NCBI GenBank assembly: GCA_937975135.1
Contig: CALJVA010000118.1
Coordinates: forward strand, 27,861 to 91,860
DNA length: 64,000 nt
DNA from: an uncultured Thermoactinomycetaceae bacterium
GTDB taxonomy: Bacteria; Bacillota; Bacilli; Thermoactinomycetales; CALJVA01
Direction of reading: 5' to 3'
The number at the start of each line of letters is the position of its first letter. The first letter of the stretch is position 1. Position numbers and translations under genes: made by a program. The notes under the pieces are model-generated. The model made no database searches and was not told where the DNA came from. It saw only the letters and a list, made by a program, of their open reading frames with translations. This document shows positions 30,111 through 39,094 of the stretch, piece after piece.

Positions 30111-31224
30111 ATGGCAACTTTAGGTGAAATAAAAAACGAAGTCGCAACTACAGCCAAACGATTGGCGGATATTAGGGGGTCTCTTTGACCTCGATCGTAA
30201 AAAGGAACGGATTGCTTTATTAGAAGAAAAGATGTCGGCCCCTGACTTTTGGAATGATCAAGGGAAAGCACAAAAAGTAATTGATGAGATGAATCGTCTA
30301 AAAGAGCAAATCGAAACCATGACGAAACTGGATAGCAAATACGAAGATCTAGAAGTAATGCTGGAGTTAATAGCGGAAGAAGATGATGAAGGGCTACTAG
30401 AAGAAGCCGCTCGAGAATTGGATGAACTAAAAAAAGAGTTAAGTTCCTTTGAATTGGCATTGCTATTAAGTGATCCTTATGATAAAAATAATGCGATTTT
30501 AGAACTTCATCCAGGAGCGGGTGGAACAGAATCCCAAGACTTTGCTCAACTTCTCCTCCGAATGTATACGCGATGGGCAGAACGAAGTGGCTATAAGGTG
30601 GAAACACTGGACTATTTGCCGGGAGAGGAAGCAGGGGTAAAAAGTGTAACCCTTCTCATTAAAGGACACAACGCTTACGGCTATTTGAAGGCAGAAAAAG
30701 GAGTTCATCGTTTGGTTCGTATCTCTCCTTTTGATTCTTCCGGAAGACGTCATACCTCCTTTGTATCTGCAGATGTAATGCCGGAAATTACAGATGATGT
30801 GGAAGTTGAGATAAAATCAGATGAACTTAAAATCGATACTTATCGCTCGAGTGGTGCAGGTGGACAGCATGTAAACACCACTGATTCGGCGGTTCGGATT
30901 ACGCATTTACCCACAGGAATTATTGTAACCTGTCAATCAGAGCGCTCTCAGATTAAAAACAGAGAGCGGGCCATGAAAATTTTGCGTGCTCGTCTCTACC
31001 AACATATGATGGAGGAACGACAAAAAGAAATGGCTGCACTCAAGGGGGAGCAAACTGAAATTGGCTGGGGTAACCAAATTCGTTCTTATATCTTTCATCC
31101 CTATAGCATGGTGAAAGATCATCGCACCCAATTGGAAATAGGCAATGTGCAGGCCGTAATGGATGGTGAGATTGATGAGTTTATTGAAGCTTATCTGCGC
31201 CAGCAAGTGCGTGAAAAAGGTTGA
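30111..31224 (+). CDS. prfB: Peptide chain release factor 2, requires a programmed +1 frameshift
   Basis: Frame 0 (30111-30185) ends at an in-frame TGA at 30186. The +1 frame from 30187 continues into the RF2 body, with SPF (RISPFDS) and GGQ (SGAGGQHVN). Confidence 0.93.
30174..30189 (+). other. prfB: prfB autoregulatory +1 frameshift site
   Basis: AGGGGG TCT CTT TGA C: an internal SD-like element 3 nt upstream of the CUU-UGA-C slippery/stop context. Confidence 0.9.
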
Positions 31225-31231
31225 TTTATCG

Positions 31232-31258
31232 GCCGGGAGCCCGATTCCCGGCTATTTT
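31232..31258 (+). terminator. Rho-independent terminator after prfB
   Basis: GCCGGGA, loop, TCCCGGC, then TATTTT. Confidence 0.65.
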
Positions 31259-31324
31259 CGTTACAACCACTGAAAAAAATAATCCAATGTTTATTAAAGT
31301 CTTATGGTAAAAGGAGGATTCATT

Positions 31325-32113
31325 ATGATGGAATTTAAAAACATTTCTTTGGAAAAAGGTGAAGGTTGGGCTCTAATTACGATTCAGCGTCCGAAGGCAA
31401 TGAATGCACTCAACCAAGCTACCTTGGAGGAGTTGGGACAGGCGATCGACTGGGTAGAGAAGGAAGAAAGTATTCGATCCCTTATTATTACCGGAGCTGG
31501 TGATAAGGCTTTTGTCGCAGGGGCAGATATTGGTGAACTAAAGGAATTGCCCTCAGCGGCTCATGCACAAGAGTTAGCACTTAAAGGACAAGCATTATTT
31601 AACCGGATTGAAGAGCTACCAAAGCCGGTTATTATGGCGATCGGAGGTTATGCACTAGGTGGAGGTTGTGAATTAGCCATGAGTGGTGATATTTTACTTG
31701 CCTCCACTCAGGCGCGTTTTGGACAGCCGGAAGTCAATTTAGGTGTCATTCCTGGTTATGGAGGAACACAACGTCTTGCCCGTTTAGTAGGAAAAAATAT
31801 GGCAAAATACCTCTGTTTGACTGGAGAAATGATTACTGCTGAGGAAGCGTTGCGTTTGGGCTTGGTGCAAAAAGTTTATCCCCAGGAAACATTGCTTGAT
31901 GAAGCAAAGAAATTGGCCAGTCAATTAGCCACAAAAGCCCCTATTGCTATGAGCTATATAAAGAGAGCAATTAATGTTGGTACGGAAGAAAGCCTGAAAG
32001 CTGGACTTCAATTGGAAGCTTCCTTATTTGGACTTTCTTTTGAAACGGAAGATCGGAATGAAGGGATGAGTGCATTTTTGGAAAAACGTAAGCCAAATTT
32101 TAAAGGTAAATAA
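31325..32113 (+). CDS. Enoyl-CoA hydratase/isomerase (crotonase) family
   Basis: ALN..T..EL, ITGAGDKAFVAGADI, GGYALGGGCELAM and GQPE..LG.IPG.GGTQRL. The ATG is 6 nt after AAAGGAGGA. Confidence 0.9.
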   Translation: MMEFKNISLEKGEGWALITIQRPKAMNALNQATLEELGQAIDWVEKEESIRSLIITGAGDKAFVAGADIGELKELPSAAHAQELALKGQALFNRIEELPKPVIMAIGGYALGGGCELAMSGDILLASTQARFGQPEVNLGVIPGYGGTQRLARLVGKNMAKYLCLTGEMITAEEALRLGLVQKVYPQETLLDEAKKLASQLATKAPIAMSYIKRAINVGTEESLKAGLQLEASLFGLSFETEDRNEGMSAFLEKRKPNFKGK

Positions 32114-32258
32114 AAGGAGCTTATTTCTGGTTATAGGTTTTTGCCCCTTAATCAACCTTTAGGGAAGTGTTTCTAAAAAAAGGAGGTTGACAACGGCATA
32201 AGGGCATGTTTTTATTTAAGAGATTCAGGTATTGAATAACTGGAGGGAGTTTTAACGA

Positions 32259-34052
32259 GTGGATTATCTTAACTTACCTCTCTATGTTTGGATCCTCGCA
32301 ATCTCGATTATTGTTATACTGATAACGATTTCTGTCTTTATAATGAAGCGACGGGCTAAAGAGGCTCGAGAGCTGGATGCGATGTTTGAACCAGCATGGG
32401 ATGAAGAAGCAGAGGGATTAGATCGAGAAACCATCCAAAGAAGACGAAGGGAAATGCGATCTCGCAGGCAAAAGGAGTACGAATCTAGAATAGATAGAGG
32501 AATAAAAAGTGAGAAGAAGCAAGAGGAAAATGAAGAAAGTGAGCATTTCCCAGCGGATTCATCAGAACAAGAGCTTCATCATAATGTGAAAGAAGGTTTT
32601 TCTTCTGAAGATCAGGACGAAAAGTCAGAGCAAAAGGAGCCAAAACCTTTATATAGTTCATCTGCGGAGAGGAAAATGTTAACGAATGAAGAAACAGAAC
32701 AAGAGAAGTTAAAACAGGATCCCAGTTTAGATCGCTTGGGTAGTTTACCTCCTCTGGGAAGATGGCAAGAAGAAAAGAGTTCGATAGGTAAGCGAACCAC
32801 TTTGGAACAGACGCAGATGGAACCTGGAAGTTTGCCTCCGCGGGGGAAAAAATCGACTGACTTAGAAGAGGCGATACAACCAGAAAGCCCTAAAGAGATG
32901 CATAGTAAAGATTCCGAACGGCACGACCTTACTCGAGGTGCTATCCAAGGGACAGGATTTCGTCGTTTAGGGGATTTGCCCCCCCTAGATACTTCCCGTT
33001 TTCAACATAAAAAAGAGGCGGACAGTGAGCCGAAGGACGAGCATGACTTGGTTGGGAATACGACCGAATCTCTCTACAGACCATTTTCCAAAGAAGAATC
33101 AAAGGATGGAGCCTCCTTGGAGGAGAAAGAGTTACAATCCCTTGATGAGGGATTGCCTTTAAGGGGTCTTTCTCGATTAGATCCAAAAGCAACAGAAGCG
33201 AAATCAGGGGTTGAAAGTAAAGAGGAAAAACGATATCTTCGCAGGTCCACATTCTATAGAGATATAAAAGCTGAAGAAACGAGAGAGAAGCAGGAAGAGG
33301 CATTAGCCTTAAAAGAAGGCTTGGAACCACGTCGTGCTTCTCATTCATTGCTCCAGGGAACTGAAGAGACCCAAGAAACAATGAAGCAACAAGAGGTTGA
33401 AGAAAATAAACCAAAGCGCATACTTCGAAGATCCCAAGCTTTCAAAACTAAAGAAACAGGGGAATCTTCCATTTTGAAAGAGAGTACTTCTTTTGATAGT
33501 AATTTGGCTTCTGAGGGTGACTTTCAAGAGTCAGAAGGACCGATCGAAGCCAGAATGGAGCCAAAGGGAGAAGAGAGTGGACTAAGACGCAGGTACCTTA
33601 AGCGATCTGCAAGAAATGAAGAAATAGAAAAACCTGCTTCTGATGAAGGCGATGTTTCTGTTGAAGAGAAGTTGCCTTCTCGCAGTGCCTTCCATCTCGA
33701 GTCTTATGACACAAGAGAGCTTTTGGGGACAAGAGAGCAAAGGGAAACGATTGCCGACCATCAACCAAAAAGAATTCTTCGCCGCTCCTCAACGTTAAGG
33801 CAAGGTGAAATGATAACTTCTTCAAAACAAGAGGAGAAAATAGATTCGTTTGGAGATCATTCTTTTCCGCTTCGGCGATCGGCCAAAAAGGAGTTTCAAC
33901 AGGAAGAAATACAAGAAACAAGTCATTCTTCAGAGCGTTTGCTTGATCTTGAAGAGAAGCAAGAGCCATCCTATCCTAATATAGGACAAGGACTTGGTCC
34001 GCGGAGCCAGAGGCAGAAAAGCCGTTGGAAAATGCCTTGGAGTAAAAAGTAA
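32259..34052 (+). CDS. N-terminally membrane-anchored, highly charged low-complexity repeat protein
   Basis: 597-aa ORF. It has a single TM (LPLYVWILAISIIVILITISVFIM), then ~560 aa rich in E/K/R/S with recurring motifs. A strong terminator follows. I recognise no family. Confidence 0.6.
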   Translation: MDYLNLPLYVWILAISIIVILITISVFIMKRRAKEARELDAMFEPAWDEEAEGLDRETIQRRRREMRSRRQKEYESRIDRGIKSEKKQEENEESEHFPADSSEQELHHNVKEGFSSEDQDEKSEQKEPKPLYSSSAERKMLTNEETEQEKLKQDPSLDRLGSLPPLGRWQEEKSSIGKRTTLEQTQMEPGSLPPRGKKSTDLEEAIQPESPKEMHSKDSERHDLTRGAIQGTGFRRLGDLPPLDTSRFQHKKEADSEPKDEHDLVGNTTESLYRPFSKEESKDGASLEEKELQSLDEGLPLRGLSRLDPKATEAKSGVESKEEKRYLRRSTFYRDIKAEETREKQEEALALKEGLEPRRASHSLLQGTEETQETMKQQEVEENKPKRILRRSQAFKTKETGESSILKESTSFDSNLASEGDFQESEGPIEARMEPKGEESGLRRRYLKRSARNEEIEKPASDEGDVSVEEKLPSRSAFHLESYDTRELLGTREQRETIADHQPKRILRRSSTLRQGEMITSSKQEEKIDSFGDHSFPLRRSAKKEFQQEEIQETSHSSERLLDLEEKQEPSYPNIGQGLGPRSQRQKSRWKMPWSKK

Positions 34053-34064
34053 AAAAACCAATCA

Positions 34065-34100
34065 AGCTCACCTCTTAAGCAAGGTGAGCTTTTTTATTTT
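34065..34100 (+). terminator. Rho-independent terminator
   Basis: AGCTCACC, loop, GGTGAGCT, then TTTTTATTTT. Confidence 0.8.
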
Positions 34101-34171
34101 AGAAGGTACCGATGTATATTCCCACTAGAAGCATAGCATGCTAATCGTAGATCAATTGGAGGTGGGAAAAC

Positions 34172-34300
34172 TTGGTTAGGAAAAACGCTTCTCGTACTGC
34201 GGAAGAATCAAAGGACCGAAAAGAGTTGATGGAAAAACCCCAAGGTAAAAATGAAGAGAGTACCTATTCGCGTCAACCAAACCATTTGCGTTCTCAATAA
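34172..34300 (+). CDS. Candidate 42-aa hydrophilic protein (small spore-protein-like composition)
   Basis: TTG start after GGAGGTGGG. Translation: MVRKNASRTAEESKDRKELMEKPQGKNEESTYSRQPNHLRSQ. It is below the ORF-track cutoff. Confidence 0.35.
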   Translation: MVRKNASRTAEESKDRKELMEKPQGKNEESTYSRQPNHLRSQ

Positions 34301-34373
34301 CTGACGATTGATTGTTTCAAGTTTAGCTACTTGATGAAAAGCACTCTAAGCAGGAGAAAGGAGAGCATTTCGT

Positions 34374-34730
34374 TTGAAAACAAAATGGAAATATTCTCTT
34401 GCTGTCGTTGCGGTTTTGGCCCTTTTTAAAATGGTTGGTTGTGGTACTGCTCAGGATGACCAACAAACTGAAGAAGCACCGCCACCCTCTAATGGAACTT
34501 CCTATGATGAGGCACAAGCAAAAGAGGCTTATCAAAATCACTGTGCCAGTTGTCATGGGAATAACCTTGAAGGGGGCTTTGGGCCAAATATGCAAAAGAT
34601 CGGTAGTAAATATTCAAAAGAAGAGATTGCCAACATTATTGAAAATGGCATAGGTACGATGCCGGCGCAAAAACAGGTTTCCGATGAAGAGCGTGAAAAC
34701 TTGTCAGCTTGGTTGGCGGAACAAAAATAG
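34374..34730 (+). CDS. cccB: Cytochrome c-551-type lipoprotein
   Basis: Lipobox MVGC, heme motif CASCHG, distal Met (GTMPA). The position between prfB and ftsEX matches B. subtilis cccB. Confidence 0.85.
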   Translation: MKTKWKYSLAVVAVLALFKMVGCGTAQDDQQTEEAPPPSNGTSYDEAQAKEAYQNHCASCHGNNLEGGFGPNMQKIGSKYSKEEIANIIENGIGTMPAQKQVSDEERENLSAWLAEQK

Positions 34731-34796
34731 AAAGTTATTTTGGAATACCCTAATACGATCAGGTTAAAAAGATAAGTAATATCCTAAGAGCTACTA

Positions 34797-34829
34797 AAAA
34801 CAGGTTTTGATTTCAGAACCTGTTTTTTT
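34797..34829 (+). terminator. Rho-independent terminator
   Basis: AAACAGGTT, loop, AACCTGTTT, then TTTTG. Confidence 0.8.
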
Positions 34830-34993
34830 GCCCTATGATAATATGATAAAAAAGCACTTATGGATGTATCTCACTATAAAGGGAGAAAATCCCTTCGCTC
34901 CTTGCATTTCCGATATGACTATGATAGTATATCTGTGATTTCTAACAGTTTCCTCTTCACTAATAAATACTTATTTTACGGAGTTGTTAAACA

Positions 34994-35344
34994 ATGAATC
35001 AAAGTTTTAATGCGCAACAAAAATCTTCTACCGGACTGGATGGCAATATAGCTGCACTTCTCAGTTATTTAGGGATAATTGTAACCGGAATTATCTTTTT
35101 CTTACTTGAAAAGGAAAGCCGCTTTGTTAAATTTCATGCGATGCAATCCATCATTATCTCTGTGGCATACTTCGTGATCAATTTGGTGTTCAATTTTGTT
35201 CCTTTTATCGGTGGAGTTTTGCGTACTCTTTTTGGTCTTGCTGCTTTAGCCATCTGGATTGTATCGATGGTGAAAGCGTATCAAGGAGAAACCTTTAAGC
35301 TTCCAGTGGCGGGAGATATTGCAGAAAAGCAAGCAGTAAAGTAA
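34994..35344 (+). CDS. DUF4870-family membrane protein
   Basis: AALLSYLGIIVTGIIFFLLEKESRFVKFHAMQS pattern, with 3 TM segments. Confidence 0.7.
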   Translation: MNQSFNAQQKSSTGLDGNIAALLSYLGIIVTGIIFFLLEKESRFVKFHAMQSIIISVAYFVINLVFNFVPFIGGVLRTLFGLAALAIWIVSMVKAYQGETFKLPVAGDIAEKQAVK

Positions 35345-35361
35345 ACCCTATTCAAACACAA

Positions 35362-35396
35362 GCCCTGTGGAAAGAACCGCAGGGCAATTATTTTTT
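35362..35396 (+). terminator. Rho-independent terminator
   Basis: CCCTGTGG, loop, CCGCAGGG, then AATTATTTTTT. Confidence 0.75.
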
Positions 35397-35557
35397 CGAG
35401 TGAAATCAGCAAATAGCCTCCTATAGAAGCACAAGAAATGAGTTTCTCACCAGTAACAATGAATGAATATCCCCAGTCCCCTAGGAACAATTGCTGAATA
35501 TAAGCTTTTAGAGTAAAATAAAATTTGGAAATATAATAGAAGCAAGGGGGGGCACGA

Positions 35558-36208
35558 TTGAAAAAGAAACTCCTTGGAGGCACTATAGCAATTTTGATCC
35601 TGCTAATTCCTACTACTGGTTTTGCGGATCAAGGTGCGAGGCAATTTGATACGCCGTCCTTATTTTCAGAAGGTTCTTCCAGCAATAGTCTAATGATTAT
35701 ACAGCCTTTAGAGTATATAAAACCTTTACCACCCATAGAACCAATCAGGCCAATACAACCTAAGCCACTGCCAAAACCATCACCGATTCAACCGATCGAT
35801 CCTGTACCATCACCGATCGATCCGATTCGACCGATTAAACCTGTTCCAGAACCGAAACCCATTGACCCTCAGCCAAAACCTGTTCCAAAGCCCGTTAAAC
35901 CTAAGCCAACTCCGAAACCTGTTGATCCTAAACCGACTCCTGTTAACCCAAACCAACCAGCAAAATCCGTAAAATCTGAGTTACCTAAGAAAAAAACAAC
36001 AAAAAAAGTAGAGAAATCACAGAAAAATTCTCCAGAGCCTACTCCAGTAAATTCTGAGAATCAGAAAATCCCTCAAACAAAAAATGGAGGCAAGTTACCA
36101 AAGTCAACTACCAACCAGCCAAAATGGATTGCAGCTGGTGCTGCCACCACCCTTATTGGTATGTATTTTATGGTACTTGGATTACGGCGTAATCAGAGGG
36201 CCAAATGA
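35558..36208 (+). CDS. Secreted proline-rich surface protein with a C-terminal sortase-type sorting signal
   Basis: Signal peptide (cleavage near GFA/DQ). About 90 aa of P-[IV]-x-P repeats. The C-terminus is LPKSTT, then a hydrophobic helix, then RRNQRAK. Confidence 0.75.
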   Translation: MKKKLLGGTIAILILLIPTTGFADQGARQFDTPSLFSEGSSSNSLMIIQPLEYIKPLPPIEPIRPIQPKPLPKPSPIQPIDPVPSPIDPIRPIKPVPEPKPIDPQPKPVPKPVKPKPTPKPVDPKPTPVNPNQPAKSVKSELPKKKTTKKVEKSQKNSPEPTPVNSENQKIPQTKNGGKLPKSTTNQPKWIAAGAATTLIGMYFMVLGLRRNQRAK

Positions 36209-36849
36209 AGCGATGGATTCTTCTTTCCTGCGGGTTATTATTTACCTTATTGGGAATTGTCGTAGTTGCCATGAATATCTTTAGTTTTCAGCAAGAACTA
36301 TCAGTCCTTGAGGAAACCAATGAACAAATACAGATTGAGCAAATGGCAAAAATCCCTAGACAATATGTGATTCCTGATGAACGATACCAGGATAAAGAAG
36401 CCGATCCAGAAACGATTGTTTATCAAATCCGGCCCAAGAAAGGAGAACAATTTGGATCGCTTGTAATCCCAAAATTGGGATTAAAGCTTCCTTTGATAGA
36501 AGGAACTGGGAAAAGGGAATTGGCTAAGGGAATTGGTCATTATCGCAACTCTGTGCTTCCTGGAGAGAAAGATACCAGTGTACTTGCAGGACATCGAGAG
36601 ACTTCTTTAAAGCGGGCGGGAGAGATAAAAAAAGGGGATCTACTCCGTGTAGATACACACGAGGGAGAGTTTATCTATGCCGTCACAAAGATGTGGATTG
36701 TGGACGAAAATAACCGAGAAGTGATCGTCTCTACTCAAAGACCGATCATTCGCCTTGTTACCTGTTATCCTTTTGATATGCTGAGTACTTCTACAGAGCG
36801 TTATATCATTGAAGCAGAATTAGTCGATTCAAAACAGAAAAGTCCCTAA
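36205..36849 (+). CDS. Sortase (class C/D-like)
   Basis: N-terminal TM, LAGHRET (His), RLVTCYPF (TLxTC Cys), distal Arg. The start overlaps the substrate gene's stop (ATGA). Confidence 0.85.
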   Translation: MKRWILLSCGLLFTLLGIVVVAMNIFSFQQELSVLEETNEQIQIEQMAKIPRQYVIPDERYQDKEADPETIVYQIRPKKGEQFGSLVIPKLGLKLPLIEGTGKRELAKGIGHYRNSVLPGEKDTSVLAGHRETSLKRAGEIKKGDLLRVDTHEGEFIYAVTKMWIVDENNREVIVSTQRPIIRLVTCYPFDMLSTSTERYIIEAELVDSKQKSP

Positions 36850-36893
36850 TTTTAGATTAATTCTTGTGAAATATGATAGCTAACCCATTTTTT

Positions 36894-36925
36894 AAGACCA
36901 TCCTTTTTAGGCTGGTCTTTTTTTT
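36894..36925 (+). terminator. Rho-independent terminator
   Basis: AAGACCA, loop, TGGTCTT, then TTTTTT. Confidence 0.8.
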
Positions 36926-37033
36926 GATCATGATTGGTAGGGTATCCAAAAAGAATTTAATTCCTTTCACTCTTTTTTAGGTCAAAATCTGTTAATCTAT
37001 AGAGTAATACAAACAACCAACTCCGATTAGAAA

Positions 37034-37750
37034 ATGGTGAGTGACATGGTGGAGGCGCAAAAGAAAAATTTTATAAGTGGAATGATCAAGGCTTTTCCTC
37101 TTGTAATTGGATATTTACCCATCGCGATTTCCTTCGGAGTTATTTCTTTAAATGCTGGTATTCCTCTGTTACAAACCGTACTGATGTCACTATTGGTGTA
37201 TGCTGGCGCAAGTCAATTTATGGCAATAAATATGTTTACAGTAGGGGCAGGGGCATTAGAAATAGTGATGGCTACTTTTGTTTTAAACCTTCGCCATTTT
37301 ATTATGAGCCTATCATTAATGAATCTATGGGATCATCTTCCTAAAAGATGGAAGTCTATTTTTGCTTTTGGCATTACAGATGAAACCTTTGCGATCGCTT
37401 CATTAAAAACAGAGGAGGACGCTGCTGCTTCCAGCAAAGCTTACTTAATCGGTTTACTAGTAACCGCTTATGGTTCTTGGGTGAGTGGGACTCTGATCGG
37501 AGGTCTCTTAGCAGGAGTTATTCCCCCAACAATAAGTGAAAGTATGTCGATCGGACTGTATGGGATGTTTATCGGCTTGTTGGTGCCCGCTGTGCAGCGT
37601 CTTTGGAAAACAGGAATTGTTGCTGTAGTCAGTATGGGTTTGTGTACTCTTTTTAATCAATTTTTTGCTAGTGGTTGGAGTATCATCTTGGCCACTGTGA
37701 TAGGGGCTACTCTTGGTGCAGCAATCCTAAAGGAGGAGGAAGCAAGGTGA
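37034..37750 (+). CDS. azlC: AzlC-family branched-chain amino acid exporter subunit
   Basis: Multi-TM with the YAGASQF motif. It is followed by an overlapping azlD. Confidence 0.8.
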   Translation: MVSDMVEAQKKNFISGMIKAFPLVIGYLPIAISFGVISLNAGIPLLQTVLMSLLVYAGASQFMAINMFTVGAGALEIVMATFVLNLRHFIMSLSLMNLWDHLPKRWKSIFAFGITDETFAIASLKTEEDAAASSKAYLIGLLVTAYGSWVSGTLIGGLLAGVIPPTISESMSIGLYGMFIGLLVPAVQRLWKTGIVAVVSMGLCTLFNQFFASGWSIILATVIGATLGAAILKEEEAR

Positions 37751-38049
37751 TCCTTTTTTTGATTATTTTAGGAATGGCTGTTGTAACTTACTTGCCCCGT
37801 ATGCTCCCAGTATTGATTATCGACCGATTCACCCCCCCTACTTGGCTAAACCGCTGGTTAAAGAGTATTCCTTACGCAGCTTTGGGAGCACTAATTTTTC
37901 CAGGAATTCTAACTGTAGATCAACTTCCCTGGGTAGGTGTGATGGGAGGGCTTGTTGCTGTAATTCTTGCATTCCTTCGATTGCATATTATTCTAGTAAT
38001 TTTTGGTTCAATTGGAACAGCTATTCTTACAAAAATGTGGTTAAGTTAA
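37747..38049 (+). CDS. azlD: AzlD-family membrane protein
   Basis: The GTG overlaps the azlC stop (GTGA). VILFLIILGMAVVTYLPRMLP is typical of AzlD. Confidence 0.75.
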   Translation: MILFLIILGMAVVTYLPRMLPVLIIDRFTPPTWLNRWLKSIPYAALGALIFPGILTVDQLPWVGVMGGLVAVILAFLRLHIILVIFGSIGTAILTKMWLS

Positions 38050-38237
38050 TTTCTTTGAATCTATTAACGAATAAACTCCCAAATCGATGAAACTTTCCCT
38101 GGGTTAATTTTCGTTAATAATAATAAACATCGCCCCCATCTGTCCTGTCGATTTGTGTGGGTGATCTCTATTTTTCTTTCATCGGTGCGAAATTTGTCGA
38201 GAAAGAACGGATTTTCTATAGGAAAAGAAAAATAGGG

Positions 38238-38246
38238 TGGTATAAT
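38238..38246 (+). promoter_or_regulatory. Extended -10 promoter element upstream of ftsEX
   Basis: TGGTATAAT about 150 nt upstream of ftsE. Confidence 0.4.
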
Positions 38247-38398
38247 AGAATAATAGCTTATTTTATTTCCTTTCATTACAATCATAAAAAAAGTAATGTA
38301 GTAGAAGTTATCGTTTTGGGATCAAGGAAGCGAATTGGTCTTGTTAAGGAATACTCTATACTACCGTTCAGGGAGATGTAAAAGAGTGAAAGCAGAAG

Positions 38399-39094
38399 GT
38401 GATCATTGTGATCAAGATGCATGATGTATGGATGGTTTATAAGAAGGGTGTCGAGGCACTACGCGGGATTAATGTAGAGATTGAGCCTGGAGAATTTGTT
38501 TATGTGGTCGGCCCAAGTGGAGCTGGTAAGAGTACCTTTATTAAGCTGATGTACCGCGAGGAGAAGCCTACATCAGGTGTAATCTTGATCAATGGTGTTA
38601 ATGTAAACCGGATGCGGGACTGGAAGATTCCATACTTAAGACGTAACATCGGTGTTGTCTTCCAAGATTATAAATTGCTTCCCCACTTGACTGCTTATCA
38701 AAATGTTGCTTTCGCCATGGAATCGATTGAGGCTCCAAGACGGCATATTCGTCGCCGAGTACATGAAGTACTTGACTTAGTAGGTTTATATGATCGGATG
38801 CATGCGCTTCCCTCCCAACTTTCAGGTGGTGAGCAGCAGCGTGTTTCCATTGCTCGAGCCATGGTCAATAACCCTAGCTTGTTAATCTGTGATGAGCCGA
38901 CAGGAAACTTGGATCCGGAGAACTCTTGGGATATTATGTACCTGCTGGATGAGATTAATTCACGGGGAACAACCATTGTAATGGCTACACACGATAAAGA
39001 GATTGTAAATACCATGCGAAAAAGGGTCATTGCAATCGAGCAGGGGGTTATTGTACGGGACGAAGAGCAGGGGGAATACATTTATGAAGATTGA
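38399..39094 (+). CDS. ftsE: Cell-division ABC ATPase FtsE
   Basis: GPSGAGKST, LSGGEQQRV, LLICDEPTGNLD. It overlaps ftsX. The true start could be 38408 or 38417. Confidence 0.93.
   Translation: MIIVIKMHDVWMVYKKGVEALRGINVEIEPGEFVYVVGPSGAGKSTFIKLMYREEKPTSGVILINGVNVNRMRDWKIPYLRRNIGVVFQDYKLLPHLTAYQNVAFAMESIEAPRRHIRRRVHEVLDLVGLYDRMHALPSQLSGGEQQRVSIARAMVNNPSLLICDEPTGNLDPENSWDIMYLLDEINSRGTTIVMATHDKEIVNTMRKRVIAIEQGVIVRDEEQGEYIYED

Noticed and set aside
30032-30607. 191-aa minus-strand ORF overlapping the secA end and prfB
   Set aside because: It is antisense to the well-supported prfB gene. It has odd composition (L/H/P/S-rich), no SD and no recognisable motif. It is a typical shadow ORF.
32941-33969. 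Minus-strand ORFs of 157 and 123 aa inside the 597-aa repeat-protein gene
   Set aside because: Long antisense frames are expected opposite purine-rich, stop-poor coding sequence. They have no SD and L/F/S-rich junk composition.
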